Below are positions 24,686-35,600 of a DNA stretch of 64,000 nucleotides, in pieces (position 1 is the first letter of the stretch; the number at the start of each line of letters is the position of its first letter). A program made the translations under genes and the position numbers. The notes under the pieces are model-generated. The model was not told the origin of the DNA and searched no databases. It saw only the letters and a program-made list of their open reading frames with translations. The DNA comes from a virus (lineage: Duplodnaviria > Caudoviricetes): IMG/VR virus record IMGVR_UViG_3300033121_001593, positions 32,001 to 96,000 of that record; one strand, 5' to 3'.

Positions 24686-25539
24686 TTGGCCCTCACTTGG
24701 TAGCCGACGTTACCCCAATCGCCCACCTTCACAAAGTAGATGCGTACCTCGCCGCTATTCAGATGCTCGGCGCGTTGGGCAATGTAGCGCACGCCTTCGC
24801 GCACGGTCTCGAATTCCGGGCTATTCGGCACAAATCCGGCAGCGAAAATCGCCTTCTGCAGGGCGGCCTGCGGGTTGAACTCGATGACCTGACGCTTCTC
24901 GGCCTCGCCTACGATCTGAGCCGCCAGCGTAGGATAGGTCGCCGCCGAGACTTGATCCCAGCGCATCACCTGAAGGATGATGAATATCGACGTATGCAGC
25001 TTGTAGGGCATCCCCATGCCGACCACCTGCTCCGACCATCCAAGGCGGGTGATCGACCACGGGCCGGGAGCCGGGGGATAGCTCAGGGACGAGGCATACA
25101 TCCCGATATTAGCCCAGCCGTGCGCCTTGGCGGTCAGCGGGATAATGTGATTCAGGTTGACGGGCGGCTGCAGATAGCCCGCGCCGTCCGACGTGGCGGC
25201 GAAGCCCGCGCCCGGATACGGCACGCCGGCCGCATTCTGGAGCATCACAAAGATATGGTGATCCCCGCCGGCGTCGTCATTGTAGAGCGGGTCGCTCGGC
25301 GCGCGGTAGTAGCCGTTAGGCGGGTTTTGCCGCGCCCAGGCGTCGATCCCGAAGCGGGCTTCTGGATCGACCTCCCATGAGCCGTTGAACGTGCAGAAAA
25401 CGTCCTTGACGACGTTGACCTCGGTCTCTGGGCGCATGGCGCTAGCGTCAAAGTCGCTTCGGTCCCAAATCGGTATGATCTTCAGCGCCATGCCATCCGG
25501 CCCAGCGCCCTTGCCAATCCTACGAGTAAACTCAGTCAT
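24682..25539 (-). CDS. Protein sharing the endolysin C-terminal domain
   Basis: NPQAALQKAIFAAGFVPNSPEF..YIAQRAEHL..GDWGNV. Confidence 0.8.
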   Translation of the reverse strand: MTEFTRRIGKGAGPDGMALKIIPIWDRSDFDASAMRPETEVNVVKDVFCTFNGSWEVDPEARFGIDAWARQNPPNGYYRAPSDPLYNDDAGGDHHIFVMLQNAAGVPYPGAGFAATSDGAGYLQPPVNLNHIIPLTAKAHGWANIGMYASSLSYPPAPGPWSITRLGWSEQVVGMGMPYKLHTSIFIILQVMRWDQVSAATYPTLAAQIVGEAEKRQVIEFNPQAALQKAIFAAGFVPNSPEFETVREGVRYIAQRAEHLNSGEVRIYFVKVGDWGNVGYQVRAK

Positions 25540-25555
25540 GGTATTCTCCTAAACT

Positions 25556-26287
25556 CTATACAGCCTTCGTCTCGGTCAGAACAATGTCAGCCTTGCCGCG
25601 CCGGCCAACCGAGTCGCCGGCGGAGTCGATAAACTTCAGGTCCCAGCCGATTGATTTCGCCTCGGACAGAAGCGCCGTTAGGTCGTCCGTCAGGTAGACC
25701 CTCGCAGTTCCTGCCGGTTGATCTATGGTCAGGAGCGCAGAGCCTGCAACGATCCCACTTGGAAGGGTGGTGGAGCCTAGCAGGACTTGCAACCCGTCGC
25801 CAGGATCGCCAGAATTTGTAACCATTATCTGGATTATTGACGCGCTGTCAATGTCTCGCAGCTTTCCTTTAAGCGTCCAGTATCCCGTTTCCCAATCGTC
25901 TTGAATTGGAAGGCCGGAAACGGCCTCGCTGAAGGTCAGGCCGGCCGTGATCGTGAAGTATCCGGCCAGATTGGCGGGGACCTGCGTCACGGCTGAAACG
26001 TCAAGCTGATCGGTCACGGCCTTGATCGATGCGATACGGGAGTCAACCGGGGGAACGGCAAATTCCTTCAGGTCGGCCCCTACTGTACCGGCCACGACAT
26101 ACCCTCCCGCGTCGGACACACTCACGCCGCCTGATACGTAGTAACTTCCGGGGACGGCGCTTTCAGAGACGCCGGTTGTGGTGAATGAAACGACCACGGC
26201 GCGCGCAATCGAAAGGACGCGATAACCGATAGCAAGACCGGTCTGCGCAGGATCAAGTTCAATGACCAAAGGAACGATTTGCGTCAT
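25556..26287 (-). CDS. Putative virion protein
   Basis: C-terminal domain paralogous to 26291-27988. Confidence 0.8.
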   Translation of the reverse strand: MTQIVPLVIELDPAQTGLAIGYRVLSIARAVVVSFTTTGVSESAVPGSYYVSGGVSVSDAGGYVVAGTVGADLKEFAVPPVDSRIASIKAVTDQLDVSAVTQVPANLAGYFTITAGLTFSEAVSGLPIQDDWETGYWTLKGKLRDIDSASIIQIMVTNSGDPGDGLQVLLGSTTLPSGIVAGSALLTIDQPAGTARVYLTDDLTALLSEAKSIGWDLKFIDSAGDSVGRRGKADIVLTETKAV

Positions 26288-26290
26288 GGA

Positions 26291-27988
26291 TTAGACCGTC
26301 CTCGTCTCGGTCAGGATCACGTCGGCGGTACCGCGCCGACCCACGGACTCGCCACTCGCATCGAAGAACTTCACGTCCCAGCCCAGCAGACCGCCCTCGG
26401 CCACAAGGGCGGTGAGGTCGTCTTCCAAGAAGATCGTCACCCGACCGTTGGCTTGATCGACCGTGAGCGTTCCGCTGGATGCGGAGAGACCAAGGTACTC
26501 AGGCGTTACGCCGTTGACCACTCTCAGGCCATCGGACGGGGAAGCCGGGTTAGACGCCACGATTTGAAGGATCGAGTCTGCGTCATCATCGCGCACCCGG
26601 TTCTTGAGCGTCCAGTAAGCCACGGTCCAGTCGGCGGGAATATCGAGATCGCTCACAGGCTCGTCAAAGGTCAGGAACGCCGTAATGACCAGATGGCCGG
26701 CCATCGAGGCCGCGGTCTGCGTAATAACTGCGGTCGTGTCCAGATGGCTCGTAGCCTGGCGCACGATCTGAAGCAAGCTCAGAAGGTCATCGAGATGCTT
26801 GTCGATGCTGCCCGTTGCGGGGACGCCCGGCGAAGGCGCAAGCAGGCCCGTGTCACGGGTCTCCTGAGCGGTCAGGCCGCCGCCGCCACCCCCGCCGCCG
26901 CCTTCTATGTCACCTATGGCGGAAAGGATCGCAGCGGTGGCAGCGTCGATTGCGGCATTGATGTCATCGAAGCCGGTTTCGCCGGCCATCGTCGTTCCGT
27001 CCATGAACCCGAACGCATACGGATCGAGCAGGGCCACGGCTGCGCCGGACGCCGTCGCCAAGAGCCAGCCGTAGGCAAAGGTCTCGCTCATGGACGCGTC
27101 ACCAAAGCCCGCCGCCGAACCCGTGCTCAGGAACAGGCCAACGACTGAACCCGCGCCGGTCGCGGAGCCAGGCGCAGAGCCTGAGACTTCGACAAGCCCG
27201 GTTACATCGGCGCTGGCGGAACCCGCGCCAGCGGAAAGGCCGGGGCCGCCCACGACGAGGATTAGCTCTGCCGTCACCCCGCCGATGCCGGCCAGCAAGC
27301 CGGCAATCTCGACAAGGGCGCTGGCGGCAGCGGTCGCGGTCGATACGCCGGGAACCGAGCCGTCGATGAAGCCAAGGCCGGTCACGGCTGCATTTGCGGA
27401 GCCAAGGGCCGCCGCCGCCCCGCTTCCCCAGGCCAGCACGTAGGGGGAGCCGGATGCACCGCCAAGGCCATCGGCCGCGGCCGATACGCCGACGACCAAG
27501 TAGCCGGAACCGGACCCGTCACCGAGGCCACTCAAGACGGCATCAGCCCAGCCAAGCGCGAACGCTTGGGCGTCCGAGAGGCCGGACCCGCCCGCTTGGC
27601 CTTGCACTATTCCAAGACCAAGAAGATCAGCCAAGGCCGATGAGTCGGCGGCTGATAGGCCCGTACACCAAAGCAGGCCGATCACGCCGCCCGTCAGGCT
27701 CACGGACCCACCTGACGCGCCGATGATACTTCTACCCTCAGCCCCGGAGCCTGCCAGGGAGCCAAGGCCCAGCGTAGAGACAAACGCCGAAACGTCGCCG
27801 GCCGTAATGGCGGGGGCAAGACCGGAATTCGGAGCGCCGTAGCCACCGGGGACGGCGACCAGCTTTCCGAAGCCGTTTGCCCGCAGCGCGGCGACATTCC
27901 AGAACATGAGGCTATTCTGGATCGGAGCGTTTCCTGAGACAAGAAACGACGTCGCCGCGCTGTTGAAGTACCTGTTCATCCGAAGCAT
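26291..27988 (-). CDS. Gly/Ala/Ser-rich fibre-like protein
   Basis: Low-complexity repeats and shared C-terminal domain YWTLK..GWDVKF.D..G.SVGRRG.AD. Confidence 0.8.
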   Translation of the reverse strand: MLRMNRYFNSAATSFLVSGNAPIQNSLMFWNVAALRANGFGKLVAVPGGYGAPNSGLAPAITAGDVSAFVSTLGLGSLAGSGAEGRSIIGASGGSVSLTGGVIGLLWCTGLSAADSSALADLLGLGIVQGQAGGSGLSDAQAFALGWADAVLSGLGDGSGSGYLVVGVSAAADGLGGASGSPYVLAWGSGAAAALGSANAAVTGLGFIDGSVPGVSTATAAASALVEIAGLLAGIGGVTAELILVVGGPGLSAGAGSASADVTGLVEVSGSAPGSATGAGSVVGLFLSTGSAAGFGDASMSETFAYGWLLATASGAAVALLDPYAFGFMDGTTMAGETGFDDINAAIDAATAAILSAIGDIEGGGGGGGGGLTAQETRDTGLLAPSPGVPATGSIDKHLDDLLSLLQIVRQATSHLDTTAVITQTAASMAGHLVITAFLTFDEPVSDLDIPADWTVAYWTLKNRVRDDDADSILQIVASNPASPSDGLRVVNGVTPEYLGLSASSGTLTVDQANGRVTIFLEDDLTALVAEGGLLGWDVKFFDASGESVGRRGTADVILTETRTV

Positions 27989-27991
27989 TGG

Positions 27992-28894
27992 TTAGCCCCA
28001 GCCAAGGTCAAGGTTCCCGAAGAACGTCGAATTTGCGGCGGTAGCCGCGCCAGGGAAGTACAGCCAGTTCAGGCACGCGCCGTCAGGGATCGTCGGCAGG
28101 ATCGGGGACGGGGCAAAGAAGCTCCGTTCCCCAGGCACACCGATACCCACAAGCGGGATCGACAGAATCGGCTTGCACAGAACGATGCAGCCCGTGGTGG
28201 TGGTTGCGCCCGTGTAGGCGGTCGAAAGCTGAAACGTGTTCACCCGCTTGATCCCGGTATCGCCTGCGTTCAGGGGCAGGAATATGCCGGGATGCCCTGC
28301 CGCTGGCGCGCAATGCACGATCTTCGACACGGGGGGGATCGCCGCTGCGCCGGCCGTGAAGTTGATCGTCGGGCCGGAGTAGGCCGCGTCATTGTCATCC
28401 TGGTCCCGATAGTTGAACACCGACATGACCGGGGTCGATGCGGGCGTGCCGCCTGACTGGGTAGTGACCACGATGTAAGGCCGCAGCCCTTTGCCGTTGG
28501 TCCAGCGGGTCAAGGTGGAGCCGTTGACCATTGTCTGAAGGGTTGTCGCCTTCAGGTCGATGCCGGGGTAGTAGAGCGCCACATCGACAAGGATCAAGAT
28601 ACCGGGGGCCGAAGTACCGCCCACAGCCAGGGCCATCGCGTTGAGAACGTGCTTGGTATCACCGGAAACATCGCCGCCATGATAGATACCCCAACCTGTT
28701 AGCTCGGTCGGCACCACCGCATTGAGCGCCGTCCCTGGATACGTGTTAGCCACGGGGACCCCGGTATTGAGCGAGAGATCGTAGGCGTTCCCGGCCACAT
28801 GCGCGGCTGCACCGGATAGCTTGAAGAAGTCAGAGCGATACGCCTTCCCTGCCGCAAGCTCAGAGACCATGTCATCGGTCGAAGTGTAAGCCAT
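27992..28894 (-). CDS. Putative virion protein
   Basis: Paralog of 28902-29750 (YYP, FLPL..GD.G, I..GA.L). Confidence 0.8.
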   Translation of the reverse strand: MAYTSTDDMVSELAAGKAYRSDFFKLSGAAAHVAGNAYDLSLNTGVPVANTYPGTALNAVVPTELTGWGIYHGGDVSGDTKHVLNAMALAVGGTSAPGILILVDVALYYPGIDLKATTLQTMVNGSTLTRWTNGKGLRPYIVVTTQSGGTPASTPVMSVFNYRDQDDNDAAYSGPTINFTAGAAAIPPVSKIVHCAPAAGHPGIFLPLNAGDTGIKRVNTFQLSTAYTGATTTTGCIVLCKPILSIPLVGIGVPGERSFFAPSPILPTIPDGACLNWLYFPGAATAANSTFFGNLDLGWG

Positions 28895-28901
28895 AATTTT
28901 C

Positions 28902-29750
28902 CTATCCCCAGATCGATTCGATCTGGCCTATGATTGTCGCTGGCGTCTGCGCCACTGTGCCACGGGCGATGGCAGACAGGTAAGCGCCCGTCTCGACCTG
29001 AGGCATTTGGAGCGTTCGGTCGGCCAGAAAGTCAACCTCGATAGAGGCGACCGTGGCCTCGAACATCGTCATCGAGAAAAGCGGCCTGACGATCACAAAG
29101 GCCACTATGCCGCCGCCCGCTGCCAGGAACTCGACTGTTTGGATCGACTGAACGCCTTTGTCACCCGTCGCCAGCGGAAGGAACGGGCCTTCTGGATACT
29201 GCACCGCGCCGGGAGCGAACGACGATGCCAGGGAGCCAGCGTTATACGCCATGTTCAGCGAGCACGTCACCTGCCGACCGGGAGTGCCTGCCGAATTTGT
29301 GTAGGTTACGGTCGCGTTCACGGTCGCCGTACCTAAGCCCTGGCTCACGACCATGACGCGCGAATTGTGAGCACTCCGGGGGATGGCGACCGTGTTGAAC
29401 AGATTCTGCGATCCGCCGTCACCGTCTACGAATGGGTAGTAGAGCAGCACGTCCACAAAGTCAAAGGTCAGGATACCCGTTGCGGTCGGGGGAATGAGCA
29501 TCACCCGCCGAATGTACTTGGTTAGCCCGCTGGCGGGAGCAGGGCCTAAGTCGATCCCTTTGCGCCCGTCCAAGACGGCAGCATAAAGAGGCTCGGACGC
29601 GTAGTAGTTCGCGACCGGAATACCGGCCGCGTAGGAGAGATCAGCATAGACGTTGGCGGCCATTGCGGGGCCGCCGCGGCGGTAGTAGCCGAGCCATGAG
29701 CGCCCGGCCAGTTCTGCCGCGACGGCCTCGGAGACGGAACGTATCGCCAT
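28902..29750 (-). CDS. Putative virion protein
   Basis: Paralog of 27992-28894. Confidence 0.8.
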   Translation of the reverse strand: MAIRSVSEAVAAELAGRSWLGYYRRGGPAMAANVYADLSYAAGIPVANYYASEPLYAAVLDGRKGIDLGPAPASGLTKYIRRVMLIPPTATGILTFDFVDVLLYYPFVDGDGGSQNLFNTVAIPRSAHNSRVMVVSQGLGTATVNATVTYTNSAGTPGRQVTCSLNMAYNAGSLASSFAPGAVQYPEGPFLPLATGDKGVQSIQTVEFLAAGGGIVAFVIVRPLFSMTMFEATVASIEVDFLADRTLQMPQVETGAYLSAIARGTVAQTPATIIGQIESIWG

Positions 29751-30157
29751 TAGTCCTCGGTCACGACAAGCTCTCCAATCCCGAACTGGGGTTGGATATT
29801 ATTCGCCACAGAAAGCGACGAACTCAGCGCACCGGAGTACAGGATTTGCCCTGCACCGCTTGCCGTGGTGACCAGAGAGAAGTGCGTGATCGTGTTGGTT
29901 CCACCGGTACACTTGGGGAACTGGATCAGGCCGGCATTGCTGAAAGACGAGCCGCCATCGGTCCATGCGGTCGCCTTCGTCAGGGCAACACGGGCATAAT
30001 CCGTGTAAGTCGCCTCGGAGGAAACCGCTGTGCCTGCATCGGTTGGGTCAGCCGTATGCAGGGCGACATAGAGAGTCGCGCCGGCCCGCCATCCTGGATC
30101 GGTCCCTTGCAGGACCATCTTGAGCAGATCATTTTCGGTCGTGTTCGACTTGGACAT
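29750..30157 (-). CDS. Tail-fibre-associated small protein (same family as 14011/14863)
   Basis: MSKSNTTENDLL..LYVALHTADP..YARV..IQFP..ITHF. Confidence 0.85.
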   Translation of the reverse strand: MSKSNTTENDLLKMVLQGTDPGWRAGATLYVALHTADPTDAGTAVSSEATYTDYARVALTKATAWTDGGSSFSNAGLIQFPKCTGGTNTITHFSLVTTASGAGQILYSGALSSSLSVANNIQPQFGIGELVVTED

Positions 30158-30176
30158 TTTTCACCTTCCGTCAGGA

Positions 30177-32135
30177 TTATGCCATCGTCTGAGCGATGGC
30201 CTTTGATAGCTTTTCGTCGGGGGGAGACACCCGCAGGGCGAAGCGCAAGCGGCGCTTTTCATCCAGCGAGATGCCAATCGACTCGATATGCAGGTTCGTT
30301 CCTACGTCTATGCCCAGCGACGGGAAGGCACAGGGGAGCGTCTGCCCAGCCCTCAGGCCAGCGCGCCGGGTCTCGGTCGTGAGCCGGGTGGGCGAGTAGG
30401 CCCGGTTCGCAAAGATCGAAGCGACATACTCAGCGGCCTGAGTATCATCGCTGATCCACGGGGCTTCCACAAGCTCCCAAAGCGTCTGCCCGTAGTACGT
30501 TTGAGAAGCAGCGTGATCGCCTTCGTAGGTGTACGGGAAGTTATAGGTGTAGATGACCTCGACAGGCTTACCACTTGGGGGAGCGGTGCAGAAGGAAACA
30601 TACCCACCGGCGAAATGCACCAGAACGTCACGCTCGGCGCAGGTATGATACCCGATGGTTCCCCAGGACTTGGTGACGCCGTCCACCTTGATCGACGTGA
30701 TCGAGGCAATCGGATGAACAGCAAGATTGAACTGCGTCGTAGTGCCATCGCCTGTGAACGTCTCGGTCGCGCTGTTGTTTCCGACGCCGCCCGTGAGAAA
30801 GATGGCATTCGTGACGGAGGCCCCGTCAAGCTCACGCACCGCCTGCTCGACAGGGTAGAGCAAAAAATAGTCGGCCTCAGACGCTTCGCACACGCCAAAG
30901 GGAGCAACGTCCTCGCCCTCAGGCCCGATGACGATCACTTTTTCCCAGGTCACACGCCAGCGCCAGTTGTATTCATCACAGAGTCGGTCGATATTTTTTG
31001 CAACCGACTCTGTCAGGTCTTTGGTCCAGTAGGGGACGGTCTGCACGGTTGCCTGAACGGTGAAGCCTGAGACTTCGCCATCCGTAAGCAGGTCCTCGAC
31101 TATCGTTTGAGCCGTCTGCGCCTTCCAATACGTCGAGAATGGCTTAGACCTAGTCAAGAGCGTTTTGTAGCCCTCCGCCTTGATGTCGTGAAAGACCTCA
31201 ACACCGGAAGCGGAGAACGTTCGACTATCGCGGGTCACATGGCCGGCAAAGATGCACATCTGGTTGACGAGACCGTAGTCAAGGAATATCTGAAGCTCAC
31301 GCCACTCGAAGGGATCAGTGGTCGCCGGGGTACGCATGGTAAAGCCGGTTGTCTCAAGCTCGATACCGCCCGTGTCCTTGATCGAGACACTTCTATAGTC
31401 CACATACTCGGAAACGTCCACACCGGAAAGCCAGTAGGACACATCATACCAAGGGGCCAGGCGCAGCCAGGGTGCCACAGGGACGGGCGGAAAAATCATC
31501 TGGCGGTTTTGAAACCACGGAGTAATAGGAAAAAAGTCCCCGTCTTTCACCGTCCCACCAAGATAGGACGTAAGCTCTGCACCGACCATCACGTCCTTGA
31601 CGCTTTCTTCAGCGACGACCATCGGCCAGTAGCGCACAATCGACTGAGCAGCCACGGTCAGGGAAGGCGCGCCATTCGCCAGGGACAGGGCTTGAGCGGC
31701 GGAAAGCTCGGCGGCCCAAAGGCACAACTCGCTGATTTGAAGACTTGTGGCGGGCAGGGCCTCGGCGGCATCGTTGCCGACCCAAATGTTCCCAGGGCTT
31801 GGAGAGACAGAGAGATTGCCAACGTCCTGAACGTCCTGCGCCCCATTGATGTAAATCGTTCTGGATGCGTAGGCAAAGACAACGCAGATATGAACCAGAT
31901 TGCCATCCATTTTTGTAGATGGCGAAACGGCAGAACGAACAGACCCATTGTCAGCGACCGCCTGGATATAGCCACTGCTATCCGTGCCGACCAAAAGACC
32001 GCTGCCGTAATCCCCGATATGAATAAACGTCATATCGGACGCGTTGTCTGCTGCGGCCCAAAAAGCGACGGTCACGGGTTGAGAGCCGATCCCGCTGTTT
32101 GTGCAGGAGTAATAATCTCCGGCAAGGTTTATCAT
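30177..32135 (-). CDS. Tail tip/baseplate protein with N-terminal LamG/ConA-like domain
   Basis: TVAFW..HICVVF..IYING..ISELCLW..LS; start reassigned to MINLAG. Confidence 0.75.
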   Translation of the reverse strand: MINLAGDYYSCTNSGIGSQPVTVAFWAAADNASDMTFIHIGDYGSGLLVGTDSSGYIQAVADNGSVRSAVSPSTKMDGNLVHICVVFAYASRTIYINGAQDVQDVGNLSVSPSPGNIWVGNDAAEALPATSLQISELCLWAAELSAAQALSLANGAPSLTVAAQSIVRYWPMVVAEESVKDVMVGAELTSYLGGTVKDGDFFPITPWFQNRQMIFPPVPVAPWLRLAPWYDVSYWLSGVDVSEYVDYRSVSIKDTGGIELETTGFTMRTPATTDPFEWRELQIFLDYGLVNQMCIFAGHVTRDSRTFSASGVEVFHDIKAEGYKTLLTRSKPFSTYWKAQTAQTIVEDLLTDGEVSGFTVQATVQTVPYWTKDLTESVAKNIDRLCDEYNWRWRVTWEKVIVIGPEGEDVAPFGVCEASEADYFLLYPVEQAVRELDGASVTNAIFLTGGVGNNSATETFTGDGTTTQFNLAVHPIASITSIKVDGVTKSWGTIGYHTCAERDVLVHFAGGYVSFCTAPPSGKPVEVIYTYNFPYTYEGDHAASQTYYGQTLWELVEAPWISDDTQAAEYVASIFANRAYSPTRLTTETRRAGLRAGQTLPCAFPSLGIDVGTNLHIESIGISLDEKRRLRFALRVSPPDEKLSKAIAQTMA

Positions 32136-32136
32136 G

Positions 32137-32658
32137 CTACTCCCCTGCCGACTTTTCCCGAACGTAGATGCGGGCCAGGAGCATGTCACCGGAAGCCGTG
32201 TCACCCGCATGGTCATGCTTGCGCCGGAAGCGGATCATTGCCTCGCCCTTGGCAGGAACGAGATCAGCCTGAGCGCCGGTAAAGATGATCGTCCCTGTCG
32301 CCTTACGAGCCAGGGAAGACGGCACGGTGACGGTCACGCCCTGATACGAGTAGGTATGAGACGCAGCGAACGACTCGCCGGGGTCCAGATAGCGCACGGC
32401 GGCTTCAAGCCTAACAGAATTCGTGGTGGCTGAGACCATTGCGAACTCTACCTCGAAGGCCATCCCGCCGCCGCCGTAGTGGCCGGGGATCGTCACCCGC
32501 CAATCAATGTACTCGGTCGAGGACGCGTCGAAGGCATAGAAAAACAGGTTTTCCTGCGGGCTTGACGACGCGTAGGCCACGTAGACTCCGGCTGCGCTTG
32601 AAGCCGGCATAATCCCAAAGGGAGCACGTAGATCGAGAAGGGCGTCACCTGCTGCCAT
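32137..32658 (-). CDS. Tail-associated protein
   Basis: Directly downstream of tape measure. Confidence 0.75.
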   Translation of the reverse strand: MAAGDALLDLRAPFGIMPASSAAGVYVAYASSSPQENLFFYAFDASSTEYIDWRVTIPGHYGGGGMAFEVEFAMVSATTNSVRLEAAVRYLDPGESFAASHTYSYQGVTVTVPSSLARKATGTIIFTGAQADLVPAKGEAMIRFRRKHDHAGDTASGDMLLARIYVREKSAGE

Positions 32659-32660
32659 AC

Positions 32661-35600
32661 TTAGACTCCTTGCTTCAGTTGGCGACCTAGCTCACGGGCC
32701 AGCTCGCGCATTTCGTAATCCGTCATCTTGGGCAGGGCGTCACCGCCTTCGACCCGAATGACGACTTCATGCTCAATCGTGTTGTTCTGAGCGAACGTCG
32801 GGCTGGTAGACGACAGGTTAGGCCACAAGACCGAAGGCCGGTCGCCCAGCGACGTGTACTCAGCGGCCACAGCGTCTGCGACCTCACGGGCGGCCGATAC
32901 TGCATTGTCCTTACCGGCCAACAGGCCCAGCGCCAGGCCATCCGACGTGAACCATCCGGCCTCCATGGCCAGCCGGGACGGGGAGCCGATCTGCAGCGAG
33001 CCTTCCAGGCCGTTGATGATCGCCTGCCCTATGTCCCAGGCGACTTGGTAGATATAGTCCTCTTGGTCGAGCATACCCGCACCGATAGAGAGGACCACGT
33101 TGGAGCCATCCTCGAAGAACAGCCGGCCGTCGAGCGCCGCGGCGTGGTACGAGAACCAACCGTGTACATTATCCACGACTTGCTGGCGCAGGTCAATCGA
33201 GGGCTGCACAAGGGAGACCGAGCCAAGCCCGGCGGCGATGGCGGTCGGGACCAGAACCGCCGCATCGTAGAACAGGTGCCCAACAGAGGCAGCGCCGTTG
33301 GTCGCCAGCCAGCCGGCCAGGTTGACCGATAGCTCGGTTTGTACCGCCAGGATCGCCGTATGCAGCGGGGTCGTCACCGAGGCCAGGCCCGTATTGAACG
33401 TGGTGAAGACCTGCATGATGGCGGCGACGAAAGCCTCAATCTCAGCGGTCGAAGGCATCCCTGACGTACCCAGATCGGTGAACAGGCCCAGGGCGTCCGA
33501 CAGGATACCGATCACGGTTTCGAGCGCCGTGAAGAAGGCATTGGCGGTGGGCGTCCAAGACGTGAGCGACAGGGTTGCGACCTCGGTGCCGAAGCGGGTC
33601 ATGGTCTGAACGATGGCCTGGAACAGGTAGCCGATCACCTGCATGGCCGCGCCCGTATTGGTCCCCGTCCCAGCGCCCGCGTTCGCCAGCCAGTCGATGG
33701 TCCGGTCATCCAGCGAGGCCAGGCCCTCGAACAGGTCAAGGGCGTCCGAGAGGCCACCCGCGGTGGCAGAGATAGCCGCCTCGAAACGCTGCAAGGCGAT
33801 GACCCGCGCGGGATCGAGATGCTGGGTAGCATAGGTCCCGACAAGATCGATCAGGAATTCCACGTTGCCAAGAAACGTGTTGATGGTCGTCTCGGAGACC
33901 GGGATATAGCCGGCCAGGTTAGAGAAGAATTCAAGCGCCGTTTGCAGGCCGCCCGTCACCGCTTCCACCGCATCGCCAAAGGCGGCCACGGGTGCGAAGG
34001 CTGCGGCCGCGCCTGCATCCATCGGGAAGGCTGCGATGATCCGCAATCGCAGGTCATCCATGAACGTGAGCACCCAGCCGATGAAGTCCGACCAAAGCTC
34101 AGGGTCGGGGGGCGTCCAGACGAAGTTCGTAATCAGGTCGATGGTCGCCATGAGGCCGCCCATGATCGACTCTAACGCCGAACCGAACGACTCCTCAGGG
34201 TCGAAGTTCAGGGCGGTGGTCGGGTCGGTGACGAGCGACTCCACGTAATCGTACACGGTCTGGAAGGCCGCTATCACCCAAGCGATAAAGGCATCCCATT
34301 GACCGGGGTCGGGGGGCGTGAACGAGAAGCCCGTGATTAGCTCCATTGAAGCCAGCAGCCCGCCCATGATCGACTCCAAGGCGGAGCCGAACGACTCAAC
34401 CGGGTCGAACTCGATGATCGAGGCGGGATCGAGCCAGAGCGTTTGAACAAGGGCGTAGAACGTTTGGAACGCGCCCCAGACCCAGGTCACGAAGGCCGAC
34501 CACTGGTCGGCGGGCGGAGCCGTAAAGACGAAGCCGCGCGCAAGCTCAAGGCCGGCAGAGAGGCCGCCCATGATCGACTCTAGCGCGCTTCCGAACGCTT
34601 CCACCGGCACGAAGTCAATGATCCGGGTCGGGTCACTCCAAAGCGTTTGAACGAGGGTAAAGAAGGTCTGGAAGATACCCCATACCCAGGTGACGAAGGC
34701 CGCCCACAATTCGGGATCGGGCAGCACGAACTCGAAGTTACGGGCAAGCTCAAGGGCAGATGAGAGCGCGCCCAGGATAGACGACAGGGCCTCGGCAAAG
34801 GCCACAACCGGGTCGAAGCCAATGATCCGGTCGGGGTCATTCCAAAGCTCTTGAACCTTGGCCCAGAAGAATTGGAAGATACCCCATACCCAATTTTCAA
34901 AGTTCAGGAATACCTCAGCGTCAGGCAGAACGAACTCGAAGTTACGAGCCAGGTCCACCGCCGCCGACAGGGCATTCATGATGCTTTCCAAAGCACCGGC
35001 GAACTGAAGAACAGGATCGAAGCCCAGAGTATTCTCCGGGTCGTTCATCAGTTCCTGAACCTTGTCGTAGAAAAATTGGAAGATGCCCCATACCCAGGCG
35101 ACGAACCGGTCCCAGATACCGGCGTCGGGCATCGGGAAGTCGCCACGTTCAACGATCTCCATTGCGACCGTCAGCCCGTCGAGCAGCGCCGTCAACACTC
35201 CGGCGAAGGCTTCCACCGCGGCGAGACCATCCTGGTTCAGGGTCAGGATGATCCGGCCTAGCTGGTCTACGATGTCGATCCACTGGCGGCCAAAGCGCAC
35301 CATCTTGTCAACGAAGTCGGGCATGATCCTGAATGCCCTCATATTGTCGGCAACCTTCATTGCCGTTTCCCAAGGGGCCAGGACTTCAGACAACAGCGCG
35401 CCGACCTTGGCGGCCTTCTTGAGGGTGCCCATGCCAATGTCGTCGGCCATACCTGCCAGGGCGTTGGCTAGCAGGATCATGGCAGCGGTCACGTCCTTAG
35501 CGGATTTGTCCACGCTGCGATAGATGAAACCGGCCAGCGCGCCCAGGACGGTGATGGCATCCTGCCAGGGGGTTAGAACGTCGGAGAGCAGGGCCGCGCC

